The notes: generated by a model from the letters alone, not told the origin. A stretch of DNA of 40,918 nucleotides from Minisyncoccota bacterium (GCA_021129655.1 JAJOLC010000048.1:1-40918), one strand, 5' to 3'. Shown: positions 8,035 to 15,925, counted from the stretch's first letter. Translations and numbers: made by a program.

Positions 8035-8667
8035 ATGCAAAGAAAGCATATTATTACTATATCTGGAAAGCCTGGCAGCGGTAAATCTTCAACTGCAGAC
8101 AAGGTAGCAGAGCTGCTCGGGTACACTCGTCATTCTTCTGGTGACATGGTTAGACAAGTACTCAAGGATAGCAAAATGACACTCGAAGAGTACAACAAAA
8201 AAGCTACTAGAGACAATAGTTTGGACGATAAAATTGATGAAGAATTACGTAATTTACGTAATAGCCGAGATATCATTGTTGACTCGAGACTCGGATTTTA
8301 TTGGATACCTGAATCCTTCAAGGTTTACTTGGATTTAGATATCGACCTAGCGACTGTGCGTATTTTTAAAGATGCTGTAAGTAACACCTCACGAAGCCTA
8401 GTTGGAACTAGTAACAATTCTCTAGACGAGGTTTCTCGACAAGTTAGAGAAAGAATGATGGCAGAAAGATCACGTTTTCGGAGACACTACAACGTAGACC
8501 TGTACGATACTAATCATTTTGATTTTGTAATTGATACTTCTAGACAAAACCCCCAATCTGTAGCAATTGCAGTATTTGACGCCTACAAGAACTGGTTAGA
8601 AACAGAGGTGTGGGAACCTAAGCGTGAGGAAGTCCCACTAGGCTACTCATTCAAGAATCAGTATTAA
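8035..8667 (+). CDS. cmk: Cytidylate kinase-like P-loop kinase (short, archaeal-like type)
   Basis: IITISGKPGSGKSSTADKVAELLGY..SSGDMVR..DSRLGFYWIP..VYLDLDIDLATVRI..FVIDTS resembles the short CMP-kinase family. Confidence 0.7.
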   Translation: MQRKHIITISGKPGSGKSSTADKVAELLGYTRHSSGDMVRQVLKDSKMTLEEYNKKATRDNSLDDKIDEELRNLRNSRDIIVDSRLGFYWIPESFKVYLDLDIDLATVRIFKDAVSNTSRSLVGTSNNSLDEVSRQVRERMMAERSRFRRHYNVDLYDTNHFDFVIDTSRQNPQSVAIAVFDAYKNWLETEVWEPKREEVPLGYSFKNQY

Positions 8668-8686
8668 AAAATAGTATATTACCTAT

Positions 8687-8717
8687 AAAAACACCCCCAA
8701 CGAATTGGGAGTGTTTC
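8687..8717. terminator. Bidirectional terminator between cmk and the SPFH gene
   Basis: ACACCCCCAA cgaa TTGGGAGTGT, flanked by A and T runs. Confidence 0.65.
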
Positions 8718-8744
8718 AGAACAAAAGAAAATTTATCCTGATTT

Positions 8745-9884
8745 CTATTTTTTACTAGACGAACTTTTAGAACGATTATTTATTTCATTCAAAGAATTTA
8801 ACAGAGAAGCCGGAATACCAGTTTCAGCGCTAGCACCTGTTGAAAGAACAACCGTTGTACCAGGATTTGCAGATGCATCACGGATAGCGTCATTACTATC
8901 AACAACCTTAAAGAATTCTAAGATCATTTCCGGTGAAACATCTATTGTAGGTATGTCTACCCCATCAGTTCCATCAGGCTTGACGAATTTTGCTACCTTT
9001 ATGGTCTCGACATTATCTCCTTCACCGATAGTTTCGTCTTCCCAAGCAACACTAAGCTTACCTTGCATTACCGCAATTGCTGCAGCGTTACCTTCTGCTA
9101 TAAGAAGACGGAAATTAGCTAGAGCAGAACCTTTAAGACGAGTACTTTCAGCTTCTGCACGAGCTGAACCTACCATGCGTACGTACTTTGCTTCTGCTTC
9201 ATGTGTGGCAGCATCTTTATCTAATTCAGCTTCACGAATAGCAGATAGTTTTGTAGCTGTACTTTCAGGCAAATCTGGATCTTGTACAACTAACTCTTTA
9301 ATTGCAATACCAAAACTTTTAAGTTCTTCTGAAACAGTTTCTTGAGTAGCTGATTGTACACTATCTTTATCTCCATACATCTCAAACAAAGTCATATTGT
9401 TCGCTGCCTTACGTATAGCGGCCGTTAACAAATTTTCAGCTTGTCCTTCTGGATTATCGCGTTCGATTGCAAACTTCATTGCATCCATTACGTACCACTG
9501 AGCATTTACAGGAAGATGATATACCAAATTATCACTAGGTTTGACCTGGACTTTTATAGGCATGTCCTGCACATCTGTTGGAACAACTCTATGCGTATAT
9601 CCAAAAGGCCAAGGCAGGGTAAAACGTATTCCTGTCTGTAATTTTTGGACAGGAGTAGTCCCAAGTAAAGTTATTACATGAACTCGTTTCGGCCTAACAA
9701 AACGCACCACCGACGCAATAAACATTCCTCCTAGGAATGAAATACCTGTCCATAATATTGCTGAATGATTAAGCACTGTACTCGAATAACCCTGTCGGTC
9801 AACCATAGTCACCATTAAGGGCTCAAACGGTTGATAGAAAGCAAAGACTGCACCTACGATTACATAGAATATAAAATTTACCAT
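8745..9884 (-). CDS. SPFH/band-7 (stomatin/prohibitin-like) membrane protein
   Basis: N-terminal TM segments, an SPFH-like core (FTLPWPFGY..., IAIKELVVQDPDLP) and an Ala/Glu coiled region (REAELDKDAATHEAEAKY). Strong SD: AAGGAG, then 7 nt, then ATG. Confidence 0.8.
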   Translation of the reverse strand: MVNFIFYVIVGAVFAFYQPFEPLMVTMVDRQGYSSTVLNHSAILWTGISFLGGMFIASVVRFVRPKRVHVITLLGTTPVQKLQTGIRFTLPWPFGYTHRVVPTDVQDMPIKVQVKPSDNLVYHLPVNAQWYVMDAMKFAIERDNPEGQAENLLTAAIRKAANNMTLFEMYGDKDSVQSATQETVSEELKSFGIAIKELVVQDPDLPESTATKLSAIREAELDKDAATHEAEAKYVRMVGSARAEAESTRLKGSALANFRLLIAEGNAAAIAVMQGKLSVAWEDETIGEGDNVETIKVAKFVKPDGTDGVDIPTIDVSPEMILEFFKVVDSNDAIRDASANPGTTVVLSTGASAETGIPASLLNSLNEINNRSKSSSSKK

Positions 9885-9953
9885 TTATTTTCTCCTTTGT
9901 GATTGTAAATTAACAAGATTCACACAACAAAAATTGTTATGTTTCTATTTATC

Positions 9954-9982
9954 ATATAAGCATGAAATTAATGACATGTCAA
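9954..9982 (-). promoter_or_regulatory. Putative promoter of the SPFH gene
   Basis: Minus strand: TTGACA (9982-9977), 17 nt, TTATAT (9959-9954). Confidence 0.4.
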
Positions 9983-10061
9983 GTTTTGTAGTATTGCAAC
10001 GGCTGGCTGGCTCTTTCTTAAACTAAACAACCACCAGCTTCAGCCGGTGCTGGTTAGTTAT

Positions 10062-10414
10062 TTAAAAATTGTTCATTTTTTGGAGCAGGCCTTTTGATGA
10101 TGCGTACTCTATAAAATCGTTAGTCAAGAACTTGAGTGATTTTGATATATTACTTCCTTCCTTATAAACACATAGTATTGGAACATCTACCATAGCAGCT
10201 CTACCTAATTCAATTCCGCTTCCAGTAGCTGGGACAGAATCCTCAGCAATCATTAAATCGATTGATTGTATCATTCCTTTTGTGTTTGTTTTTTCACATC
10301 TTCATGTGGAAGAAAAAAATCATGCTGAACATTCAATATTGAATCCCTGATTGGACGATATAGTTCATTCTCATAATCGATTGATTTGGTATGTGACATA
10401 TATATTTTCATCAT
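10062..10414 (-). pseudogene. Split gene: small nucleoside 2-deoxyribosyltransferase-like fold protein, interrupted by a -1 frame change at an A6 run
   Basis: 47-codon ORF 10271-10414 (MMKIYMSHTKSIDYENELYRPIRDSILNVQHDFFLPHEDVKKQTQKE, ends TGA) overlaps by ATGA with the 70-aa ORF 10062-10274 (..DLMIAEDSVPATGSGIELGRAAMVDVPIL..). The second frame stays open back through the A6 run at 10289-10294, so a 1-nt change there fuses them into a ~117-aa protein. The family assignment is from memory of similar CPR proteins. Confidence 0.55.
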
Positions 10415-10417
10415 GAC

Positions 10418-10426
10418 AGTATAGCA
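10418..10426 (-). promoter_or_regulatory. Extended -10 TGCTATACT fused to the secY terminator, 3 nt before ATGATG of the split gene
   Basis: Same 9-mer and same terminator-fusion context as at 5842-5850. Confidence 0.3.
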
Positions 10427-10451
10427 AAAAGACCCTTACGGGTCTTTTTGC
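10424..10451 (-). terminator. Terminator downstream of secY
   Basis: GCAAAAAGACCC ttac GGGTCTTTTTGC. Confidence 0.75.
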
Positions 10452-10572
10452 TAATTTTCTTAAATTGCTTTAGATGCTAGGCAAGTGAAGAAAAATTTGT
10501 GAGATGTACTGGTTGGTACATTGAATAAATTTTTCTGAAGCTTAACGACGCAGATGAAGTGATTTTAGGAAA

Positions 10573-11844
10573 TTAATACTCGCGCATTGAGACTTGTGCC
10601 TCCAGTCGTCGAATCAAATCGAGAACCACTGACACCACAATCAATACGGCAGTTCCTCCAATCGCTAGCGCTGTTATACCAGTAGCAATTTGCATACCAA
10701 CCGGCAGAACGGCCACGAATCCGAGGAATCCCGCACCGACTAATGTGAGTCGAGTAACCAAGTTTCCTAAGTACTCGGCAGTGTGTGCTCCTGGTCGAAT
10801 ACCAGGAATGAAGCCACCACTTCGCTGCAGATTCCTTGATACCGCGTCTGGATCAAAGGTTACTGCAGTGTAGAAGAATGTGAACAAGAACACTAGAAGG
10901 AAATACACTGCTCCGTAAGACCATTGGTTGTTCAAGAATCCTGTTACTATCTCGTTTGCATTAGCTACCCATGGCATGTTGAATGCTGACAGAATGTTCA
11001 GCACCATCTGAGGGAAAAGCAAAATAGAAAGCGCGAAGATAATTGGAATCACACCAGCCTGGTTCAAACGCATCGGTAAGTATGATGAACTTGTACCGTA
11101 TGTTGAACCACCTCTACTTTGCTTGGCATAAGTAATTGGTACTGGTCGCTCTGCTTCTGTCATCACCACCACAGCGTAGATAATACCTACTGCTACTAGA
11201 GTGAATCCGATATAAAGCGGAAGCTGAGATGGGTCGTAAGTGAAGAATAACTGACTAACCGTAGATGGTAGTGAAGCAACAATACCAGCAAAGATAATGA
11301 TTGAAACACCGTTTCCAACTCCGTATTCAGTAACCATTTCACCAATCCACATCAGTAGGATAGAGCCACAAACAATCAAGATAACATTAACAACGAAATC
11401 AAAAGTGGACAGTCCTGCAATCACACCCTGACTTTGTAGAAGAGTAAGGAAACCAAACCCTTGCAATACTGCCAATGGCAGAGTCAACATACGACTGTAC
11501 TGAGTAAACTTAGCCCTTCCCGCCTCACCTTCTTCTGTGTACAGACTCTTCAGTTTGGTAGACATCACCGTCATCAACTGCATGATGATTGACGCCGTAA
11601 TAAATGGACCAACTCCCAACATAACAATTGAGAGATTAGCTAGCCCACCTCCAGAGAAGATGTTAAGCAATCCAAGGAATTGGTTATTAGAGAAGAATTG
11701 TTCTAGTACCGTCTGGTCAACTCCTGGAATAGGAATTGCTGCAAGCATACGGAAGATAACGAGCGCAAGGAGCACAAAAAGTACTCGGTTACGAATCGCT
11801 GGCTCCGTAAAGATAATTTTTATTTTGTGAAGGAATGTTTGCAT
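10573..11844 (-). CDS. secY: Preprotein translocase subunit SecY
   Basis: 423 aa, 10-TM pattern, follows rplO as in spc operons. Confidence 0.95.
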   Translation of the reverse strand: MQTFLHKIKIIFTEPAIRNRVLFVLLALVIFRMLAAIPIPGVDQTVLEQFFSNNQFLGLLNIFSGGGLANLSIVMLGVGPFITASIIMQLMTVMSTKLKSLYTEEGEAGRAKFTQYSRMLTLPLAVLQGFGFLTLLQSQGVIAGLSTFDFVVNVILIVCGSILLMWIGEMVTEYGVGNGVSIIIFAGIVASLPSTVSQLFFTYDPSQLPLYIGFTLVAVGIIYAVVVMTEAERPVPITYAKQSRGGSTYGTSSSYLPMRLNQAGVIPIIFALSILLFPQMVLNILSAFNMPWVANANEIVTGFLNNQWSYGAVYFLLVFLFTFFYTAVTFDPDAVSRNLQRSGGFIPGIRPGAHTAEYLGNLVTRLTLVGAGFLGFVAVLPVGMQIATGITALAIGGTAVLIVVSVVLDLIRRLEAQVSMREY

Positions 11845-11863
11845 AATGAGATTATTATGCCGT

Positions 11864-12310
11864 TTATTTCACGCTTCCGCCAGCTGCTTCAATCTTTTCT
11901 TGTGCTGACTTAGAAACCTGACAACCTTCAACAGTAAGCTTCTTGGTTAGATTTCCGTTTCCAAGAATCTTTACCGCTGGAGCCTTTCGTCGTACTGAAG
12001 GAATAAGTTCTGCTGTTACTAGTGACTTTGCAGTTACTACTGTGCCTGCTTCTAGTGTTTCAAGTGCTGAAACATTAACTACTAGTGGACGAACTCGGCC
12101 TGAGTTAACTGTTCGAGCTCGGTTTACACCGTGTCCTCGTAGCTTTGGAAGCTTCTTGATAATGTCTCGCATTTCTGGTCGAACACCGTGTCCTCCGTGC
12201 TGCATCTGACCCTTGTGACCTCGTCCTGAAGTCTTACCACGCTTTCCACCACGACCAATTCGCTTAGCAGTCTTTCGAGCCTTTGTAGGCTTTAGTTCAT
12301 GAAGTTGCAT
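11864..12310 (-). CDS. rplO: 50S ribosomal protein L15
   Basis: MQLHELKPTKARKTAKRIGRGGKRGKTSGRGHKGQ.., a typical L15. Confidence 0.95.
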   Translation of the reverse strand: MQLHELKPTKARKTAKRIGRGGKRGKTSGRGHKGQMQHGGHGVRPEMRDIIKKLPKLRGHGVNRARTVNSGRVRPLVVNVSALETLEAGTVVTAKSLVTAELIPSVRRKAPAVKILGNGNLTKKLTVEGCQVSKSAQEKIEAAGGSVK

Positions 12311-12313
12311 AGA

Positions 12314-12988
12314 CTATTTCTTAAGTTGCTTGAGCGCTTCGACTGCAGCGCGTGCGTTGTTAAGTTTGTTCTTACTTCGAGAGAAGAGTTTTGCTGTAAT
12401 GTCTTTAACTCCTGCTAGTTCAAGTACAGTACGAACTGATGAACCGGCCACAAGTCCTCGACCTGCTGCTGGCATCATCATTACTTCACTTGATGCATAC
12501 TTTACGTGCACATCATGAGGAATTCGGTTGTCTTTGTCCATCGGGACGACGATCATGTTTTTCTTTGCATTTCGAACTGCCTTCTCGATAGCCAGTTGAG
12601 TGTCACCGGCCTTTCCGATTCCAACACCAACCTTTCCTTTCTTGTCACCAATAACCATTGAAACTGAGAATGAGAATCTACGTCCTCCAGCCATCACACG
12701 AGTTACTCGTCGAATACTAACAATCTTCTGGTCAAACTCCTGTCGAGGTCGCTCCTGTCGACCACCACGTCGTGGGCGACGTCCGCCACCACCACGTCGG
12801 TTTCCTCCGGCTCCGCCTCGTCGATTGTCATTACCTCCGCGACGTTGACGTGGACCTCGGTCCGAAGTTGTCGCAGCTGGTGCATCGGTTGCTTTCGCCT
12901 TTTCGGGCGTAGCAGCTGCTGGAGTTGCCTCCACGGCAGCATCTGACTTTACGTCAGTTGTAGCTTCCTGCTGTTCTTTTTCTGACAT
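12314..12988 (-). CDS. rpsE: 30S ribosomal protein S5 with ~85-aa N-terminal Ala/Thr plus RGG-repeat extension
   Basis: The core IVSIRRVTRVMAGGRRFSFSVSMVIGDKKGKVGVGIGKA matches S5. The N-terminus contains RRGGNDNRRGGAGGNRRGGGGRRPRRGGRQ. Confidence 0.95.
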   Translation of the reverse strand: MSEKEQQEATTDVKSDAAVEATPAAATPEKAKATDAPAATTSDRGPRQRRGGNDNRRGGAGGNRRGGGGRRPRRGGRQERPRQEFDQKIVSIRRVTRVMAGGRRFSFSVSMVIGDKKGKVGVGIGKAGDTQLAIEKAVRNAKKNMIVVPMDKDNRIPHDVHVKYASSEVMMMPAAGRGLVAGSSVRTVLELAGVKDITAKLFSRSKNKLNNARAAVEALKQLKK

Positions 12989-13051
12989 TTTAAAATGTTT
13001 TAGAATTTAATAATTTGTGAATAGAAACTTTATCTATTCTTTAGAGCTCCC

Positions 13052-13088
13052 GTTAGGCTACATAGTCCCCAGGACTATGTAGCCTAAC
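13052..13088. repeat. Perfect 17-bp hairpin (3-nt loop) in the rplR-rpsE spacer, with no U-run
   Basis: GTTAGGCTACATAGTCC cca GGACTATGTAGCCTAAC. Confidence 0.85.
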
Positions 13089-13146
13089 AAAGTTCGTGCA
13101 ACAGTATTTTTAAAGCTAACGCTTCAAAAATTACTGGCACTCACTT

Positions 13147-13497
13147 TTAGAATTTCAACCCTCCTTCTCGAGCTGCATCAGCTAGGGCTGCAACAATACC
13201 TTGGTAGCTAAATCCTCCTCGATCGAATACGACTTCGGTGATTTTTGTGTCAGCCGCCTTCTTAGCGATTGCTGCTCCTACTGCTTTAGCTTTTTCTACT
13301 CCAGTACCTTTTTTCTCTTTACGAGAATCAACGGCTGCAATAGTCTTTCCTGCCTCATCATCGATGAGTTGTGCATACACGAAAGTATTACTTCGATATA
13401 CCGCAAGACGAGGTCGAGCAGCTGTACCAGAGATTTGTGAACGCAGTCGCTTGTGACGTTGTGTTCGCATCCGTGTTTTGTATTGTGATTTTTCCAT
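13147..13497 (-). CDS. rplR: 50S ribosomal protein L18
   Basis: RHKRLRSQISGTAARPRLAVYRSNTFVYAQLIDD..FDRGGFSYQGIVAALADAAREGGLKF. Confidence 0.95.
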   Translation of the reverse strand: MEKSQYKTRMRTQRHKRLRSQISGTAARPRLAVYRSNTFVYAQLIDDEAGKTIAAVDSRKEKKGTGVEKAKAVGAAIAKKAADTKITEVVFDRGGFSYQGIVAALADAAREGGLKF

Positions 13498-13520
13498 ATT
13501 GAATTGAATTAATTACAAGA

Positions 13521-14051
13521 CTAAACAGCCTTCTTACCTTGCTTACGAATAACATACTCTCCTCGGTATCGAATACCCTTACCTTTATAAGGTTCTGGCT
13601 TCTTAACCTTACGCACGTTAGCAGCAAACTGACCTACTTCGTCCTTGTCTGCGCCAGCGATTGTAATAATGCTCTTCTCTACAGTAGCTGTAATCCCTTC
13701 GGGGATTTCTAGTGGTACCTGATGTGAGAATCCAACATTGAGAATAATCTCATTGCCTTTTACCTCAGCTCGGTAACCAACTCCTTCAATTTCAAGAATC
13801 TTTGTGAAACCTTCTGTCACACCAGTAACCATGTTACGTAGGTGAGCAGCGTAAGTACCCCAAAGCGCTTTAGCTGCGACAGTTTCACCAGGAATCAAAG
13901 TAACTGAGTCACCTTCGATCTTGATATCTACGTCTTTTTTGATAGCTCGAGTCAATGTCGCTTTCGCTCCTTTAACCGTCAGTACGTCATCCGCAAAAGT
14001 AACTGTTACGCCACTTGGGATGCTAACTGGAATTTTTCCTAATCGACTCAT
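13521..14051 (-). CDS. rplF: 50S ribosomal protein L6
   Basis: MSRLGKIPVSIPSGVTV.. is the canonical L6 N-terminus. ATG at 14051-14049, 1 nt after the rpsH stop. The track ORF start at 14081 is an upstream in-frame extension. Confidence 0.9.
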   Translation of the reverse strand: MSRLGKIPVSIPSGVTVTFADDVLTVKGAKATLTRAIKKDVDIKIEGDSVTLIPGETVAAKALWGTYAAHLRNMVTGVTEGFTKILEIEGVGYRAEVKGNEIILNVGFSHQVPLEIPEGITATVEKSIITIAGADKDEVGQFAANVRKVKKPEPYKGKGIRYRGEYVIRKQGKKAV

Positions 14052-14052
14052 A

Positions 14053-14448
14053 TTACCAAATGATGAAAAGTTGCTCACCACCTACTTTCTTATCTCGAGC
14101 TTCGATATTCGTAAGAATTCCTGCTGGAGTAGATAGGATCATGTGCCCCTTTCCAAATTTAACCGGATGAATATCCGCGACCTTAGTGTAGAGACGTCGA
14201 CCGGGCTTTGAAATTCGCTTAACACCAGTAATCCGGTGTTCGTTGTTTTCATAACTTAGTGTCACTTCTAGGGTCTTTTCTTGTACTTTCTTTCCTTTTG
14301 TTGTAATCGCTGAAACGTATCCAGCGTCTACTAGTTTATCTAGAACTGCGTGTCGGAGTTTTGAGTAAGGAACAGAAATTGTTTCCTTACCAACTGCGCC
14401 AGCGTTCTTCAGACGGATAATCAAATCGCCTACTGTATCGCCTACCAT
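14053..14448 (-). CDS. rpsH: 30S ribosomal protein S8
   Basis: [17 protein letters not shown].. is the canonical S8 start. The ATG at 14448 overlaps the last codon and stop of rpsN. The track start at 14511 is an upstream in-frame extension. Confidence 0.9.
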   Translation of the reverse strand: MVGDTVGDLIIRLKNAGAVGKETISVPYSKLRHAVLDKLVDAGYVSAITTKGKKVQEKTLEVTLSYENNEHRITGVKRISKPGRRLYTKVADIHPVKFGKGHMILSTPAGILTNIEARDKKVGGEQLFIIW

Positions 14449-14627
14449 GATGATTTTCTTACGCCTGGTATATGTCCTTCGTGTGCTTGTTCGCGGAAAC
14501 AAATTCTGCACATGTCAAAGTCACGCATATATCCGTGTGGTCGCCCACAAAGTTTACACCGTCGGACAACACGAGACTTGAACTTTGGTTCCCGTTCTGC
14601 ACGGAGAATTAAAGCTTTTCTAGCCAC
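14442..14627 (-). CDS. rpsN: 30S ribosomal protein S14, zinc-binding type Z
   Basis: 61 aa, [17 protein letters not shown] (CxxC..CxxC). GTG start at 14627. Confidence 0.9.
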   Translation of the reverse strand: MARKALILRAEREPKFKSRVVRRCKLCGRPHGYMRDFDMCRICFREQAHEGHIPGVRKSSW

Positions 14628-14843
14628 AATATTTTGTTGTTAGTCTTCTTTGGATCCGTATCACCAAGATGTGGTGACGTGCTCCTGAATAAATCCGGCT
14701 CGCAAACTCTCGTCTTTCGACTCAAGCAAGCTCGCCTTCAACGACAGGTTGCCCTAAGTAGGCGCCTGTTGTCTTGCCTGCAAATATACCAGAATACCGT
14801 TAAATTGCAAGGATAAATCATTCTTCATCCGCACCATAACAAT

Positions 14844-14878
14844 AGAAAAGGCCGGCTCCTTCGGAGCCGGCCTTTTCT
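14844..14878 (-). terminator. Terminator directly after rplE, inside the spc cluster
   Basis: AGAAAAGGCCGGCTCC ttcg GAGCCGGCCTTTTCT. Confidence 0.8.
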
Positions 14879-14893
14879 ATAAACCACAGGGGT

Positions 14894-15445
14894 TTATTTC
14901 TTTGCTTCTTCAACTTTCTTCAACGGCATGCCTACGTGTCGCAATAGCGCTTCAGATTCTGCTTTGTCACTAGAACTCATCACAATAGTGATAGACATTC
15001 CAAATACATTACGCAGCTCTTCATCTGCAGTTTCAGGGAAAATTGTGTGTTCCTTGATACCCAGAGTGTAGTTACCCATCTCGTCGATTGAAGTAGTCTT
15101 CAGTCCACGAAAGTCTCGTGTTTGTGGGATAGCGATGTGAATCAATCTATCTAGAAATTGAGTCATTCGTTTTCCTCGTAGTGTGACCTGATAACCAACG
15201 ATATCACCTTCTCGTAGCTTAAAAGCTGCGATTGACTGTCGAGCCGCTCGAGGAGCTGCTTTTTGTCCAGTAATCTGCGCTAGTCTATCTTGGATAAGAG
15301 CAATCTTTGCCTTATCATCTACTCTACCGGTACCAACAGATACGATAACTTTTTCAATTGTTGGTGCTTCATTGACATTTTTGTATCCGAAGTCTCCTTT
15401 CAGAGCATCATATACGCTTGTCAGTCGAGCCTGTACTGTTTCCAT
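14894..15445 (-). CDS. rplE: 50S ribosomal protein L5
   Basis: 183 aa. NVNEAPTIEKVIVSVGTG..FRGL..DEMGNYTLGIKEHTIFPE. Confidence 0.95.
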   Translation of the reverse strand: METVQARLTSVYDALKGDFGYKNVNEAPTIEKVIVSVGTGRVDDKAKIALIQDRLAQITGQKAAPRAARQSIAAFKLREGDIVGYQVTLRGKRMTQFLDRLIHIAIPQTRDFRGLKTTSIDEMGNYTLGIKEHTIFPETADEELRNVFGMSITIVMSSSDKAESEALLRHVGMPLKKVEEAKK

Positions 15446-15589
15446 ACTCTATTTAATTAACTTAAAGAAATAATTGCTTTAGTGGAATTCGTGAAGCTTA
15501 GCCGGAGTGAGAAGAAATCGTAGCCTATCTACTACAACTAAGCACCCTAGTGCAGCGACAAAGAAATTCATCGAGCGATTACTTTCTGA

Positions 15590-15901
15590 CTAAATCTTCT
15601 TACCTGAAGGTCGCGCAACACGAACTTTCGTTCGCTTGTCTCCTTCACCCTCAAAAGCGTACCCAGCACGTACTGCTTTATCTCCTTCCATGAGTGACAC
15701 ATTTGAAACGTGAATCGGCATAGCCTTCTCAATAATTTGTCCTTGCGAACGACTTCGTCGATTTTTCTCATGACGTTTTACAACGTTCACATCTTCAATA
15801 ACTACCTGGTCAGTTTCTTTTAGAACAGTCAGGATTGAACCTGTCTTTCCTTTATCCTTACCAGCAATTACTTTTACTGTATCTCCTTTTCTGATTTTCA
15901 T
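15590..15901 (-). CDS. rplX: 50S ribosomal protein L24
   Basis: MKIRKGDTVKVIAGKDKGKTG.. (KOW motif). Confidence 0.95.
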   Translation of the reverse strand: MKIRKGDTVKVIAGKDKGKTGSILTVLKETDQVVIEDVNVVKRHEKNRRSRSQGQIIEKAMPIHVSNVSLMEGDKAVRAGYAFEGEGDKRTKVRVARPSGKKI

Positions 15902-15925
15902 ATTATTGTATTTACAACTTAGTTG

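Noticed and set aside
10271-10274. Possibility that the TGA ending the upstream half of the split gene is read as a sense codon (code 4 or code 25)
   Set aside because: Reading through TGA meets a TAA six codons later in that frame and does not join the downstream ORF. All conserved genes in the window are intact under the standard code.
12600-12942. 82-aa (plus) and 79-aa (minus, alternate frame) ORFs over the 5' part of rpsE
   Set aside because: They are artefacts of the GC-rich, Arg/Gly-repeat coding region of the S5 extension.
5826-13100. Shared 12-mer AAAGTTCGTGCA at ~5830 and ~13089, and recurring AAGCTT-containing motifs in several spacers
   Set aside because: About 100 chance 12-mer repeats are expected in a 41-kb window counting both strands, and AAGCTT is only a 6-mer. 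Neither is statistically meaningful on its own.
14634-14816. 60-aa plus-strand ORF in the rplE-rpsN spacer
   Set aside because: It lies antisense to the operon direction, inside a probable leader, with no promoter or RBS.
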